Of a stretch of 64,000 bases of DNA, positions 40,130 through 53,800 are shown piece after piece. The translations under genes and the position numbers were made by a program. The notes beneath the pieces are model-generated. The model searched no databases. It saw only the letters and a list, made by a program, of their open reading frames with translations, and was not told where the DNA came from. Position 1 is the first letter of the stretch; every line of letters begins with the position of its first letter. This DNA comes from Craspedostauros australis (taxonomy: Eukaryota): NCBI GenBank assembly GCA_030167865.1, contig JALAGF010004801.1:62001-126000 (forward strand), read 5' to 3'.

Positions 40130-40631
40130 GGGTGCTTACTTACTACTCGCACGAATAGATCGTGCGTATCCCAATCTAAGTCCACCCACAACAACGGAGT
40201 AGGTACAGACTCTTCAATAGTATTCGCACGAGTAGACCGTGCCCACACAAACTGCTCCGTTAGTTTATCCTGCAGCACTCAAACAGCATGGCATGCTATT
40301 CTTCTTACGTCTTTTCGTTAGCTAGCTAGCTACCTCGTTGCAACTCCTCTCTCTCCCTCCCTCTAGAGTGTCGTACTATTGTACTGATAGTGCATCGTGT
40401 GGTCGAGCCCTTCCTGCTGCTGAGTACCCGTATGTGGCACTCTATCTGTTCGCTTGTTCGTTCTTGCAATGTCATCTATTGTGTCTTTTATTTCTTTCTT
40501 TTTTCTTTCTGTGTTCATGGCAGGCAGGGAAGTCGGATCAACACCGCCACCTCATCTCGGAGGTGCGCGTATTGCGACGGCATCCTGATACACTGCTGCC
40601 GTTTCATGCTACGACCATAACGTGGCCGATG

Positions 40632-43600
40632 CTAGTTCAGTTGTAGCGCCTTGCTGAGCATGGCACGCAGCTCTGCCTGTTGCTGGTCGTCGTAGGTGGC
40701 GAACGCCTTCGTGATGCCTTCCACGATGCCGTTGGTACCGACCTTGGCCGTTCCGCCTCCGGCAGTCATGACCTGGAACACTTCCTGGACGACGCAGTTC
40801 TTGGTGTACTCGACTACCTTCTGCTCCAACAACGCGTTGTTCTGGCCCATCCACATCAGCACCTCCTTGTCGTCCTTCCATTGCGCCTCGTCCATGCCCG
40901 TGTTCACGAACCACGTCTTGATTCGGTCGGTCGCCTCCAATGGCGTCGGTGCCTTGATGCCACGCCCCACACTGGATGCGTCCACAATCTTCTTGCGCAG
41001 GTCGAACTCGGCGAGCTTGCGACGCAGCCTCCAGTAGAAGTACGTGCGGGAGTGCTCCCACTCCACCTGCTTCTCGATCACGCCCACGGCCTGCATACGT
41101 CCTGGGGTGTCGTGCAACTCGCAGAACTGCACGGAGATCTGCTCGTATACTGGTAGCAGGGCGCTTTCTCGCTGCGCGATCTGTCGCTTGATCTCAGCCT
41201 GCTTCTCGGCGTCGCCCTCGACCTCGAGCTGCGAATCGAGCTGCACCAAGGTATCGTCCAATCGGTGCATCGTTGTGATGAGGTCCTTCGTGCGGTACTT
41301 CACGGAGGCAGCTCCGTTGGCCTCCAGAACACCTCCGCGAGCGCTGCCCTTGGCTGCGTACATCTCCATCACGTTGGCGTTGATGGATGCATCCAGCACC
41401 ACCCATGCACCACCGCGGATCTCCGCGAACGGCGGGATGAACACAAACACGGGCTGTTCGTACGCCACGAAGGCATCCACGATCAGCGATCCGTACTTCA
41501 ACACCTCGTCGAACATATCACGTTGGCCACCGCTGAATCCTCTCCAGTTGGCGAACACGATGAGCGGCAGGTCCTCCGTGCGGAAGTCATTGATGGCCTG
41601 CGCGGTCTTGTAGGCGCTGTTGGGGAACCAGACACAACCGGCCTCCTGGATGACCGCTTCGGATGCCTTCAGATCTGCTGGATCGGCCGGCTTCACATTC
41701 TCGGCCGTTCGATTCTCCGTGATAATGACACCCATCGGGATGCCACCCAACCTGGCGCGACCGACGACGACCGTCTTGGCCCAACCAGACAGAGTCTCGC
41801 TGAAGCTTCCACGATCGAAGAAACCGCTCTTCCAAACTCCCATGTCGTCTTCGCCGCCCGCGATCAACATGCGAGGATCGTACGGCGTCCCTGCCGATGG
41901 AGAGAAGGCGATGGGACGTTCGATCTCGTCGATGCCGCGAATGTCAGTGATCGGCAAGAGCCCGCCTCTCGCGGATGGGACGTAGGACAACCATTCAATG
42001 GATGCCTTGACGGAGCTCAGATGATCTGGCTTGATGATGTGAGAGATTCCATTGGGATACATGATTCCCGGCCCTCCGAGCTGGTCGTTGGTGGAGTACA
42101 CGTCAGTTCCCATCAGCTTGTTCAAGGCCTGGTATCCTGTCAGGATGATTGGCGATGAGGAAGTCTTCTGGATGGTGCGCTGTCCCAAACGTACGAGGTA
42201 GGCACCGATTCCGACGGTGCGGCCCAGCACGATCGTCATGGTGAAGATGTCTTCGTAGGCGGCGCTGGTTTCGCCGGCAATGAGACCGGATCCCTTCAAG
42301 TTCTCCACACCAAGGTCTGGTTCGGAGCCGATGATGTCCGTTATTCTGTAAATGTCCTGGCCGTTGAAGGTGTCTGGCTGCGCGATGAGACGCTGCTTGT
42401 CGGTCGTGAGGGTGTCGTAGTCGTCCTTGGTGACGTACAGAAAGTCGAATCCATTCTCAGGCTTCGAAGTATCCTTGAATGCCACCTTGAACACCTTCTT
42501 TACGCTGTCGGCAAGGCCGATGCGGGCACCGGAGTTGGCAGCCACGAACAGGCGCGGGATGCGCTTGTCTCTGGCGTATTCGGACGCAAGCTTGAACACG
42601 ACGTCTTCGCGTGTTCCAAAGCTACCGGCTTTGAAGGTGATGTCGTTAGCAATCAGAATCACCTGTCGGCCTTCTGGATACTCCACAGTCTTCAGGGACA
42701 TCAGCCATGCCACCATGCCGACATCGTTGGCGCCCGCACCGCGGTTCATCTGGACCAGCTCCAGGTTTCCACCGAGGTAGTCCTTCATGGTCCATGGCGC
42801 GCTCACCGATGCGTCCTTCAGTTTGACCACCAGTTCTGTGGTGTACATGACCATTAACGGACGCGAACCTAGACCAAGACCCTTGCCTGCTGCCTCGGCC
42901 CACTGCTGCTCGACGGCAGTCTCGAAGAGAGCTGGCAGGTCGTAGCAATAGAGGGTGTCGGAGTACCGCGCTGCTGTCTTTCGTTGCGCATCGAATGGTC
43001 TGGTGAGAGGGTATGGCGTGTTGACGCTCAATCCCTCCCACGAACTGTCTCCGGTGGATGCCAGGCTTGCCTTGGTACCACCGATGAGCTTGAACACTCG
43101 GTCGTCGCTGGTCTCGTCGGCTGCTTCGACGTACGTGTTCATGACGTGGACGTATCCCGTGGGGTTACTGGCAACCAGACGCAACGCAAGCGGCGGCGAA
43201 TCAGCGCTCAACGCGCACACGATCTTGGTCTCCACTTCGACGATTCCGAGCGACAGGACGCGGTGTCCGTGGCGCTTCAGGATGTCCATGATCACTTGCT
43301 CCACGACGACTGGGTCCAGCACGGACTTCTCGAAGTCGCTGACCAGGTTGATGAAGAGGTGATTGTCCGACCGCTTGTTTTGGGAACACAGGTCGATCGC
43401 ATTGAGCGCATCGACCAGAATGCGTTCGTAGTTGGCAGACGAGAATTCAAGCGAGAAGCTGACGGCGCGCACAAAGATGCGCGGCGCTTTGTTCGCCTTC
43501 TTGTCCTTCTCCAATGCCGATGACTTCGGCGTGCACTCGTACAGGTGGGTGTGAGAGATGGAGGTATGGGTCACGCCACGGGTGCGGATCTTGAAATTTG

Positions 43601-46600
43601 CAGCGGCGCGTGGAAGATCGAGGTGGATGGCATGGCTTGGGTCGATGCCTCGGATCAGCGACTCCTCCTTGAGCTCTGGAGTGCTGAAGGTGAATGTGGC
43701 TGGCGCGACGTACTCATTGAAGTCGTCGCCTTGGTTGCGCCTGAAGGAAAACGTGATGCGTCGGATGGCGCTCTTTTCGATGCTCGCCTTCACACTGCCC
43801 AAGATACCGTGGCATCGCTCAGCCATGACGTCGCTGGAAGATTCCTCGATGCCAATGGTGTCATTGACGACCACGACGTTCAGCACGTTGATTGGTGCGT
43901 TGGCGCCGCTTGGAAATTGAGACAGGATGCTCTCCATCTTGTTTGCATCCGTCAGGTCCTCGATGGAGTCCACCAGGGCGAACACGCCCGTGCGGACGGT
44001 TTGGGAGGAAATCTTCTCCTTGTTTTCCACGGGCAGGAGGGTGGCGCTGGTGCTGTCATTGTCGCTCTCAGACCCTTCACCCAGCTTGTTCAACGAGCTC
44101 GAGCTGCTGACGATGCGGGTCAGATCCTTCATGCTGTTGACGGATGTCATTCTGTTCAGAACTCGTTCGGCTGGCTTGTTCAGGAAGGTGAAGACGATGG
44201 ATCGGTTGTCGTACTTCTGATTGATGTCCATCAGTGTGTAGGTTCTGTACAACCGACGCGCGTACAGCTCGAGGAGACCGATTTCATTCTTTGTTGATGC
44301 GACGCTGGTGAGCAGCGGGTAGAAGATGTCGAGGAGCGGCACCTGATCACCTAGCAAACGATCGGCTTCAGTCGAGGATTGGCCGGAGGTGAGCTTGCTT
44401 GCTGCGTCGAGGACCTGCTGCTTGCGCTGGTCGAGGTTTGGCATGCTCTCCTGCATCATGATCTTTCTGGCCAGCAGGGCCGTCTTGGCATGCCCTTCCG
44501 TGTGTCCCATGGACCCGATCTCTGTGATTGCTGGGATGGCATTCGACAATCCCTCTGCACCTGCGACGCAGGAAACGCGTTTGCCGATGGGTGACGATGT
44601 GCTCGTGGTGGGGTCGATGCGAGATCCGTCTCCAATCGCCTGCATCAGCTGGGAAATGATATGAGATGTTGTGGGGAGCTGCTCGTGAGTGCGGCAGATC
44701 GTCAGCACGGTGTTGGGGTCGTCCTTGTGACCCTTTCGCACGCTGTCCAGGCAATCCGCGTACGAACGACCATCGCAGAACCAACGCTCGACGTTGATCC
44801 AGTTACGGATGATGTCCATGAAGGCCAACAGCGCGCGTTCGGCTCCAGGAACGCCCTGGGCCTTGCTTCTGGTGTACGGCAGAACGGTGGCTCTCAGCAA
44901 GCTTGTCAATGACATGAACGCGGTCTTTTCCGATTGGTCAGAGATGGCGTCCGTGGCTTCGTCAATCAACCTGAGCACATGCTCCGATGGGAATCTGCGC
45001 CAAGCGAATAAGTGTCAAGGATGGTGATTGTGAAAGGAGGAATGGAGAATGAGTTGGTTAGCTTGCCAATTTCATCCAAAAGTATCCCGAGGTGCGAATG
45101 ATGATGATGATGATACCGCTGATACAGCACATAGAGCGAACCACAATGGTTGAAAGGCAGGCAGCTTCTTTGCCGATCCCCAATTCGCATCAACAAATTC
45201 AAACCATGACGTACCGAAGGATGGCCTCGCCGCTGTGCGATGCGATGGATTCACGGAAGGGGGTCACCAACTCGTTGATGCTTTGAAATAGCGGTGCTGG
45301 GATTCTGCCACTCAGCACGGACAGCTGCTCATCAATTTCCAACGCTGGAAGGGAAGCATCGGTGACAGCCTTGGTGACGTTGTCTAATGCCTTCTCCACA
45401 TCCTGGACGCTCACGGCGTATCCGGAGAGGGCGCCGTTCAATTTATCCAACGACGAGCGCAGCGCCAGATGCGGTCGCCACGTCTCGTTGGCGGGTGATC
45501 CACCGTCCTGGACCTGCAACATTTTGTCGAAGATGGCCACCATCGTGACGTTGTCGGGATTGTCAAGCACGAGGTTGGCCAGGAGATCGCCTGCTCCTAG
45601 GGAGGCACCTTCGTTGGAGCACCATTGCACGATGCCGGCTTCCTCGACCTTGAGAGGCATGAACATCTTCATCACTTCAATCTCGGCGTACGCCTCACCC
45701 TTCTTCACGTGCGCACCGTCCGGCACGAGCTTCTTGACGAGCTTGCCGGCCACATCGGTACGGAGGGACGTTGGGTCGTAGTCCGGAGAGAATGCGACGT
45801 CGCTGCCGGCAACACTGAGACGCATGCCCGTGGCGGCATCGCTCTTGCTGGTGAGGTACACGACGTGGCTGGTTCCATCAATCTCAATTAAGAACCCGCC
45901 ATCGCTGAGCACGCGCACATTGGCTTGCACCGACTCGTTGTCTCGGCCCTGCAAGGCGATGGAGAATCTGTGGAGTCCATGGCGCGTGCACGTGAGTCTG
46001 TACTTGACACCAGACAGGATGAGCTCCACGTCGTGCTGCATCTTGAGCAAGGAACGCGGTGGGAGCTGTCCCTTGCCCAGGAGGTCGGTGAATTGCTTCT
46101 CGCCCTCGATGCAGACCTCGTAGGCCACCACGGTTGCGCCCATGACGACGTACATGTGATTCTCGGCATCCGAAATCTTCGAAAGGGATTGACATCGGCC
46201 CAGTCCCCCGGGTGCTGCCGATCCCAACCCGTCGACGTTGGCCATGATGATGCCATCCAGCCAGGAGGTGTCGATGCAATTGCCGACGTAATCATCGAGC
46301 TCGATGAGCTTGGATATGTAGTCGACCGTCGTGCTGATATCACCACGGATGGAAAGCTCCTTGAGCGCCAGGACCATGCTGCGGCGTGCCTGTTCACGGT
46401 CCGCGCCGTTGGCGAAGAGATGGCCGAACTGCGAATCGGCGAATTCGTGGATGGAGCCGGAGCTGTCCATACTGAAGTATCCCCAGACGCTGGGAGTCGA
46501 CCGGAAGTTGAGTTCCTGGATGCCTCCGCTGGTGGGCTTGAAACCGGCGGCAGCATTCTCGGCTGTGATACGCACGGCGATGCAGTGGCCGTTTGCTGGA

Positions 46601-48148
46601 CGGCGTTGTGCCGTGTCGAAATCGATGATGGTGTCAGCCTGATCCGGGGCTTCCTCGAATCGGTTTCTGCCGTACATCTCTCTGATCTCCGGGATGTTGT
46701 TGAGCGGGATTCCCATCGCGACCTGCAGCTGGCAGGCGGGGAGGTTGACGCCGGTGATCATTTCCGTGACGGGGTGCTCCACCTGCAGTCGCGGGTTCAG
46801 CTCGAGGAAATAGAACTTGGCCTCGCTTTCGGAGTAGAGGTACTCCACGGTTCCAGCGTTGGCGTAGCCGACGGCCTTGGCCAACGCGACGGCTGCCTTC
46901 TCCATCTGCAACCAGACATCCGGCGCTGCTGCGACGGGCGGTCCTTCCTCGATGATCTTTTGATGGCGTCGTTGCACGGAACAATCGCGTCCGTTCAAGG
47001 CCACCGCGTTTCCATACTCGTCGGCCATGAGCTGCACCTCCAAGTGCCTCGCTCCCTGCGACAGCTTCATGATGAAGATGGGGCTGCCGGGCACTTCGCC
47101 GCAGACCTGACGGAAGGCGTTTGGCACGTCCTCCAGCTTTTCTACCTTGCGGATACCCTTGCCGCCGCCACCTTCGGATGCCTTGATCATGATGGGGAAG
47201 CCGATTTTCTTGGCGGCTTCGCTGGCCTCCTCGGCCGAATGGATGGTGGCCTCGTCGAAGACGCCATCGGGCAGGCTTCCTTTGTGAATGTCGTACTCGG
47301 CCGTGACATCGGAACCGTTCCAGGCGATGCAAGGAACGCCGGCGGATTGGGCGATGATGGTGCTGCCAATCTTGTCACCCAGCGCCTGCATGGAGGGTCC
47401 TGCCGGACCGATGAACTTGATGGGCGGGGTACTGCTCGCGAGGGTGCTGGGGAGCAGCGGGTTTTCGCTGGCGTGCCCCCATCCGGCCCAGACTGCGTTG
47501 ACTCCGTGCAATCGCGCCAGTTCGACGATGAGGGTCACGTTGGCGTAGTTGTGATTGTTGGAACCTCCTGGCACATCCACGATGACATCCGCCATTCGAA
47601 TGTATTCTGCGTTGGCTCTGCAGTTGGATATTGTTTGATCATGGTGATATTGGTAATATTGATGTGTTTGGGAGGTGGATGGATGGATGGATGGGACATG
47701 TGTGAGCGTGGGTGAATGGCATTGAGTGTGGATTCATTTGACAGCGTTCTACGATTGCAAACCGATGATTGTTGGACGAGAGAGAGCGAGAGGAATTGAA
47801 ATGGAATTGCACAATAAATACAGAAAAAGGAACCACAAATCACGCACATTCGCGCACTCGCACATACCTCATATCCTCGGGAGTCGCCATGATGACGAAT
47901 TTGATGGCACGTTCATCTCCAAAGATCTCGTAGGCCCATCTTCGGATGGAACGAATCGCCTTAACGGCGGCAACTCCATTATTCGCAATGAGAACCTTTT
48001 CGATTGGAAATCCCTTGTTGCCACCGAGCTCCTTCACGAAGGCTCCGACATTTGGAAACCTCCTGTGCGATGTCTGCGATACGGCTCCCGCATTGCGCGA
48101 CTTGGCAGCGCCCGACGGGCTGGAGAATTGAATGTCGACTTCCGCCAT
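40632..48148 (-). CDS. ACC: Homomeric acetyl-CoA carboxylase, cytosolic type; 3 exons (48148-47868, 47617-45215, 44994-40632), ~2348 aa
   Basis: BC domain ([61 protein letters not shown]), biotinyl motif EVMKM and CT domain ([34 protein letters not shown]). Two phase-2 GT-AG introns restore the frame. No signal or transit peptide. Confidence 0.97.
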
Positions 48149-48835
48149 GTTGGCTGCGTGTTTGGTAAGCGTGGGTTGTGCTGCTGTTGCGCCGATTGTC
48201 ACAATGATGATGATGGTGATGATGACAATGAGATGGAAGCAATGGAATGCGAAAGGAATGAGTGATTGAATTGAAATGAAGGGAAGGATTAGGTGAGAAG
48301 GAATCCAATTTCGAAGCCTCCAGCACATGGATAGAACGCAACGCAATGCTGATTCCATCATGTGTTCTGTGCAAATCATATTGAAAGACTCCGTGAATGG
48401 CGTTTGCACTTGCGTGTGCCATGTTGATGTGCTTTGCTGTGTTCTGGTGTGATGAGTATCAAGCGGTGCAGAGCACCAAACTTCGGTGCATGACACCACC
48501 ATGCTGTGTCGTGGCTTGAGATGACATCACGTTGCATCGCATGACGGATCGCATTTTCGTTCGTCTGAGCGATCGAAATCATTGCCATCACCGTCATCGT
48601 CGCCATTTCCATCACACTGGAGATGGACTGCAGGATTGGGATAAACCCCACATCATCAATCGTGGCACCAAAGGTAATGACATCAATACTGATGCCATTG
48701 AACCCAAAGATTGCATCCCAACATCCAATCACCCTCCAACCAAGGTCGTGATCAACTCACACTGTATCCAATGCAATCAAATGCAAATGTCAAGCCAGGC
48801 CGATCCAATCTCTCTCGTTGCTCTTGGGGAGATGA

Positions 48836-48869
48836 AGTCAAGTCAAGTCAAGTCAAGTCAAGGCCAAGG
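48836..48869 (+). repeat. Microsatellite (AGTCA)n upstream of ACC
   Basis: agtcaagtcaagtcaagtcaagtcaaggccaag is directly visible. Confidence 0.8.
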
Positions 48870-49844
48870 AAGGCAAATCAAGATGATGTGAGCTGAGGCC
48901 TCTCCTTTCTCTCTCAAACTTGATACTCGTAAAATGGCGATCGTCCGCTTAGTATGGCAACTCTTGTTGCTTGTTTGTTGTCTTTGTTGTTGTCTTTGTT
49001 GGATGTCACATCGATTGCGATCTGCCTCCACGAAGTCTTGTGCGTCGGGGATTGTCGCTCGCGCTTTGCGGTACGGTATCTTCTCGTGCTCTTTGTGATG
49101 CACAATGGTACGTACTCGAACAGGGCTCTCTCTGGATTCGAGACGTCGTTGATGTCACATGGGCGTGTGTGTGGCTGTGTTGACGTACGAAAAAATGTGA
49201 GGTTGGTCGATTGACCCGGGACCAAATCATTCGTGGATGGATTATTTATGGACCAACGCCGTGATGCGATGACGACGTGCGATTCTCATCGAGTCGTCAC
49301 CTGGGACATGACACGACGTGGAAGTTGGTGGTGGAAAACGCGATAATTCGTAACCGCGTTTCCCACGAAAACACAACGAGTGGGGTGGGATCTATTAGTA
49401 CGCCTCTCTGACTAGACGGATAGGAAGAGACAGAGAAGGAGAGAAAGGCAGCGAGGAGAGGACGTGAACGTGAACGTGCTTCAACATCATCACTCTTCCT
49501 TGTCCTAATCGTCGACATGCTTGTCGTTGTACTTACTCGTAGTTGTCCCCGTGACTCCAACCACTCATGTTCTCGCTGTTGGCACATAGCGCTGCAATCT
49601 GGAGTCGAGTAGGTCATAGTCGTGTTATGGAACATTCTGAAAGAAAGTGGAAACATGAAAGGGATTACTTTTGGAGTTGATTTGAGTAGGAGCATCTGTG
49701 GAGTACTCCGCCCATCTAATTGGTTTGCGGCTGGAAGTCTCGTCATGTTCGTACTGGCATTGTTGCTGTGTTGTACGACTAGCTGTCCCAGCACGCTAAC
49801 TTTGGAGCTTGTTCCTGTCGCTGCGCTCCACGAGTATCCAGAGT

Positions 49845-52800
49845 CTAGATGAAGCCGGTCTCAACCATCGCTTGGGCTGCCTCAGCTTCGGATGATGCAA
49901 TGGCAGTATCATCATCATCATCAGCAGCGACAGCCTCAGGTGCAGCGACTTCTTGTTGAGGCACAGCAGGCTCTGCAGCGGCGGCTGCAGACTGAGCCGG
50001 AACAACGGCTGGTGCAGCCTCTGCGACGGGAACGGGAGCGGGAACAGTCAGAGCTTCAGTTGGGGCAACAGCTTGTACAACCTCTGCGACAGCAGCGGCA
50101 GGCGCAACCGCAGGCTCGGTCGGGGCCAACGCTTGAACGGCTTCCGCAGCAGCGGTGACAGGCGCAGGCGCATGGCCGGCCGTCTGCACAGCCACAGCTT
50201 GCGGCTGTTCGTGTGCCACCGGGGCCTGCACTTCGGCATGGCCTGTCTCCTGCAAAGGGACACCTGCTGGTTCTTGGACTGCTGGAACGGGCGCTTCAGC
50301 GTGAACTTGTGGTGGAGCCTGTGCTTGCGCCACTGGTTGTGCAGGTGCTGGAGCTTGCTCGTGTGGCTGCGCATGCATCTCAACCTGCATTTGGCTCTCA
50401 TCCTGCGCTGGGTTGTGCGCAGCAGCGATCTGGGTCTCAGTCTGGACAGGAGGTGGTGCGACAGCCGCCACAGGCACGGATGCTTGCACTTGGACGGGGG
50501 GCTGGACTTGGGCCTGAACTGGGGCGCCAACCTGCGCCTGCACAACTTGCATTTCGACGTCCGCAGGCGCCGCACTTGGTGCATGCGGCTGGACCTCAAC
50601 CTGCATTTGGTTGGGGTCATGAACGGTGGTCTGTGCCACCGGAGCGTGTGCTTGAACCTGGACAGCAGGTTGTGCTTGGACCAGAGGATGGTGATGGGCC
50701 ACTGCCTCCTGCACGTGGACCTGTGCTTGGACAGGAGCATGAGGGTCCACATGCGCGTGCGGATGTGCCTGCACGTGCGTTTGGACATGAGTCTGAGGTT
50801 GCATGTGGCCTTGCGCATGACCTTGCACTTGCACCTGTTCCTGCACATGAGCGTGGGCATGGACTTGGTGCTGAACTGCAGGCTGAGCCTGGACTTGGAC
50901 CTGGTTTGGATCGTGCGCCACGTGGGCGTGGGCCGTCGCGGGAGCCTGCCCCTGGACATGCATCTGGGCGTGCATGTCGGGTTGCCCATGAGGTGCGGCA
51001 GCGACGGCAGCTGCAGCTGCTGCCGCGACAACATGCTGGACTTGGGCTTGGGCGGCCGGGTCCCTGGCCTGGTCGAGCGCCTCCTCAGTTGCTGCGACGG
51101 CCTCGTCGACGGCCGCCTTCTCTGCCACGGTCGACTCGGCCAGCACTGCAAGCGATTCCGCTGTGTCCTTCTTGGCCTCGTGCTCGTTGATCGCGACGGC
51201 GGCAGCAGCCGGGACGCCGTCGATCTTCATAACTACGTGAGCAGGGTCCGACTTCAGCCTCTTCGCTTGGCGCCTCTCTTCTCGATCCTTGCGGTCGGGG
51301 CGGTCGATGTCACGCATCACTTGGCAGGCTTTGTGAATGGCCTTTTCATCGGACAGCTCCTCCCACGTCTCCGACGCAGTCGCCTTGCCTCCGGATACAT
51401 CTTCAGGTTTCTTGTTCTTAACGAGCTTCAAGAAACGACCAGGCGGGTCCAGCGACTTGATGTTGTTGACGATCTCAGTCGCGAGCGCGCGCTTCTCGGT
51501 GTAGTTGGCCGTATCGAACGCCGGCTTGCGTTCCAGCGCGAGCTTGCGCAGACGCTTGTTGCCGATGTGGCCGTTGACGAACGCTCCTCGTCCTGACAGG
51601 ATGTCATGATCGTGGACTCCGTATGGATTCTCGATGATTGGCTCGAGCGGGGTGGACGCTGGGAGCGGGACGCCGTCCATGGGCGTCGACTCCTGACTGC
51701 GCTGCCTCTTGCGGGCACTGCCGTTCTGCACCATCATTTCTCGCAACGCCATTCTGTCCGGGCGTTTGTAATCACGCATGACCTGACACGCCTTGAGGAT
51801 GGCCTGGTTATGCGTCATTTGGAACCATGGCCCCTTGTCGTCCTTGCGGCGCAAGAATCGAGCCCCGTGGCCATCCACGACAGCGTCCACGATCCTGCAA
51901 CAAGTCGTAGAGTAGATGCGATTGTACCATAAGTGTATGTAAGTATTTCCGGTTGTACAAATCGAAGATATATATGAGTGGAGCAGGCGTTTCAAAATTG
52001 GAGAAGCAACATGGCAGGTTAGTATTCGTGAGAGGAGTCGAAAACCGATCACATGAACGATGCGACCAACAGAATTGAACAGTGTGATAAAGTGGAACAC
52101 ACGTTTCAAAAACAACAACCGACAACCAACAACCAGCATGCGCCGACACGAACGATGATGACTTACTCCGTGGCGATACGACGCTTAGCCGCATGGTTCC
52201 CAGCCTCAAACTCAGGCTTGCGCGAGAAGCACAAGGCACGGAACTTCTTGTTGCCTTGATGCGCATTCACAGAGGCGCCACGACCAGAGAGCACATCCGG
52301 ATCCTTGGGATCCCAGATTGCGCCAGGCTGGAGACCGGCGGGTGCTTCGCCTTGGATGGCGGCCTGCGCTGGAATGCCAGCAGTGGCGGCCACCGCGGCA
52401 GCTGTGGCAGCCGCCATCACATCGTGCTTCTTCGATTCGTCCACGGCCATGGCCACAGCCTGCTTCGCGCCATCCTTGGAGGTACCAGCAACGGTGACCA
52501 TGCCATCGGTTTGATGTTGCATGGTGACTTGGTGTGCAACCGCGGTGGGATCGACGACGCCCTGTGCTGCGACAGCAGCGCTGGCAGCTGCCGCGGCCGC
52601 TGCAGCAGCAGCTTCCGGACTGCCCACAGGGGCGGCAGCTGTGACGGGCACTGCCGCTGGCACTTGATGTACGACCACTCCACCGTGGGTTGGGACATGC
52701 ATGTATTGCTGAACGACAGTTCCGCCAGCTGCGTTCATGGGGACTGCATGCGGTGCGTGGCCAGGCGCAACGACAAGGACCACCGTTTGCTCAGTGGTCG

Positions 52801-53800
52801 GTGCTGCGTTTGTGTGCGCCTGCGCTTGAACTGGGATGTGTAGCTGACCTGGCGCATGTGCCACAGCCTGGGCTGGGACTTGAGTGCCAGCAGTTGCTTG
52901 AACCGGCACAACGACTGGCTCTTGTCCTGGTGCTGCTGCTACCGCTGTCGCTGTTGCCGGCACTGTCACTTGCAGGTGTTCTTGTGGCAGCGGAACTGAT
53001 GCCTGTACCACCTGAACCTCGCCATGTGGCTGCGCATGCGCGTGCGCAATTACGCCGGTAGCGACTGGAGTAGCCTCGGCAGGTTGCGCTGCTGTTGCTG
53101 TTGCAACGGCCGCCACAGCTGGCACAGGCACTTCCGCAACGGTTGCTTGCACCACTGTGTTGGCTGGCACGGTTTGCACTGGCACATGTGCAGCCGCAGG
53201 TGCAGCCACGTGTGCGGGTGTCGGCACTGCTGCTACCACTGTCGCTGCTGCTGGTGCAACAGTTGCGAGTGCTGCGGGTTGTGCTTCAGGGGCAGGTGCG
53301 ACGGCTGGTGCTGGTGGCGCGGGAGTTGCCACTGCTGGTGCCGCAACCGGGGGCTGCGCAGGAGGGGCGACCGCAACCGACGCATCTTGGGCAGGTGGAG
53401 CTTCTGTTGCTGCCGCTACGACTGCTGCAAGTCCTGTTGCTGGCGGCGGTGGCTGCGTCTGCAACTGGGATTCCTCGGGTTCAAGGTTTGGTTGCACTTG
53501 AGCTGGGGCGGGAACCGTGGCCACGGGAGCTGGTGCAACTGCGGCTTCTGCAGGCACGAGCGTCGCCGCCGCAACTGGAGCTGCTACAGCTGGTGCTGGT
53601 GCATCCGTGAGTCCAGTTGCTGGTGTGGGAACTTGCTCTTGAGTCTCTGGGGCGTCTTCTGCTACGTCCGCCTCTGTTGTTGCCTCCGTCGTCGCCACTG
53701 CCGTTGCGAGACTCGTGGAAGGCTGCTCTGAGACAGCAGTTGGCTGGGTAGCCGTTTCCTCCACCTCCGGGGCCACGTTTGGTGGCGCTTCTGCTTCCAT
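49845..53800 (-). CDS. Protein with two DUF6824-type domains flanked by Ala/Pro/Val/Thr-rich and Gln/His/Val/Ala-rich low-complexity arms; 2 exons (53800-52167, 51894-49845), ~1227 aa
   Basis: Two copies of D(V/I)LSGRG...N.H.GNK..R....RK..F......KR..ATEIV......RFL......W......AI.KACQVMRD. The first copy is split by a GTAAGT...TTGCAG intron. The start Met is inferred. Confidence 0.85.

Noticed and set aside
33523-47715. Long antisense and alternative-frame ORFs over SEC23, the transporter and ACC (e.g. 33523..34776 +, 34873..35988 +, 45925..47715 +)
   Set aside because: Shadow ORFs caused by strong GC3 codon bias of the real genes. No domain motifs.
49953-53731. Cys/Arg/Leu-rich plus-strand ORFs (49953..51596, 53024..53731) resembling metallothionein- or keratin-like proteins
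   Set aside because: They are the reverse complement of Ala/Gln codons (GCA/CAG) in the DUF6824 gene.
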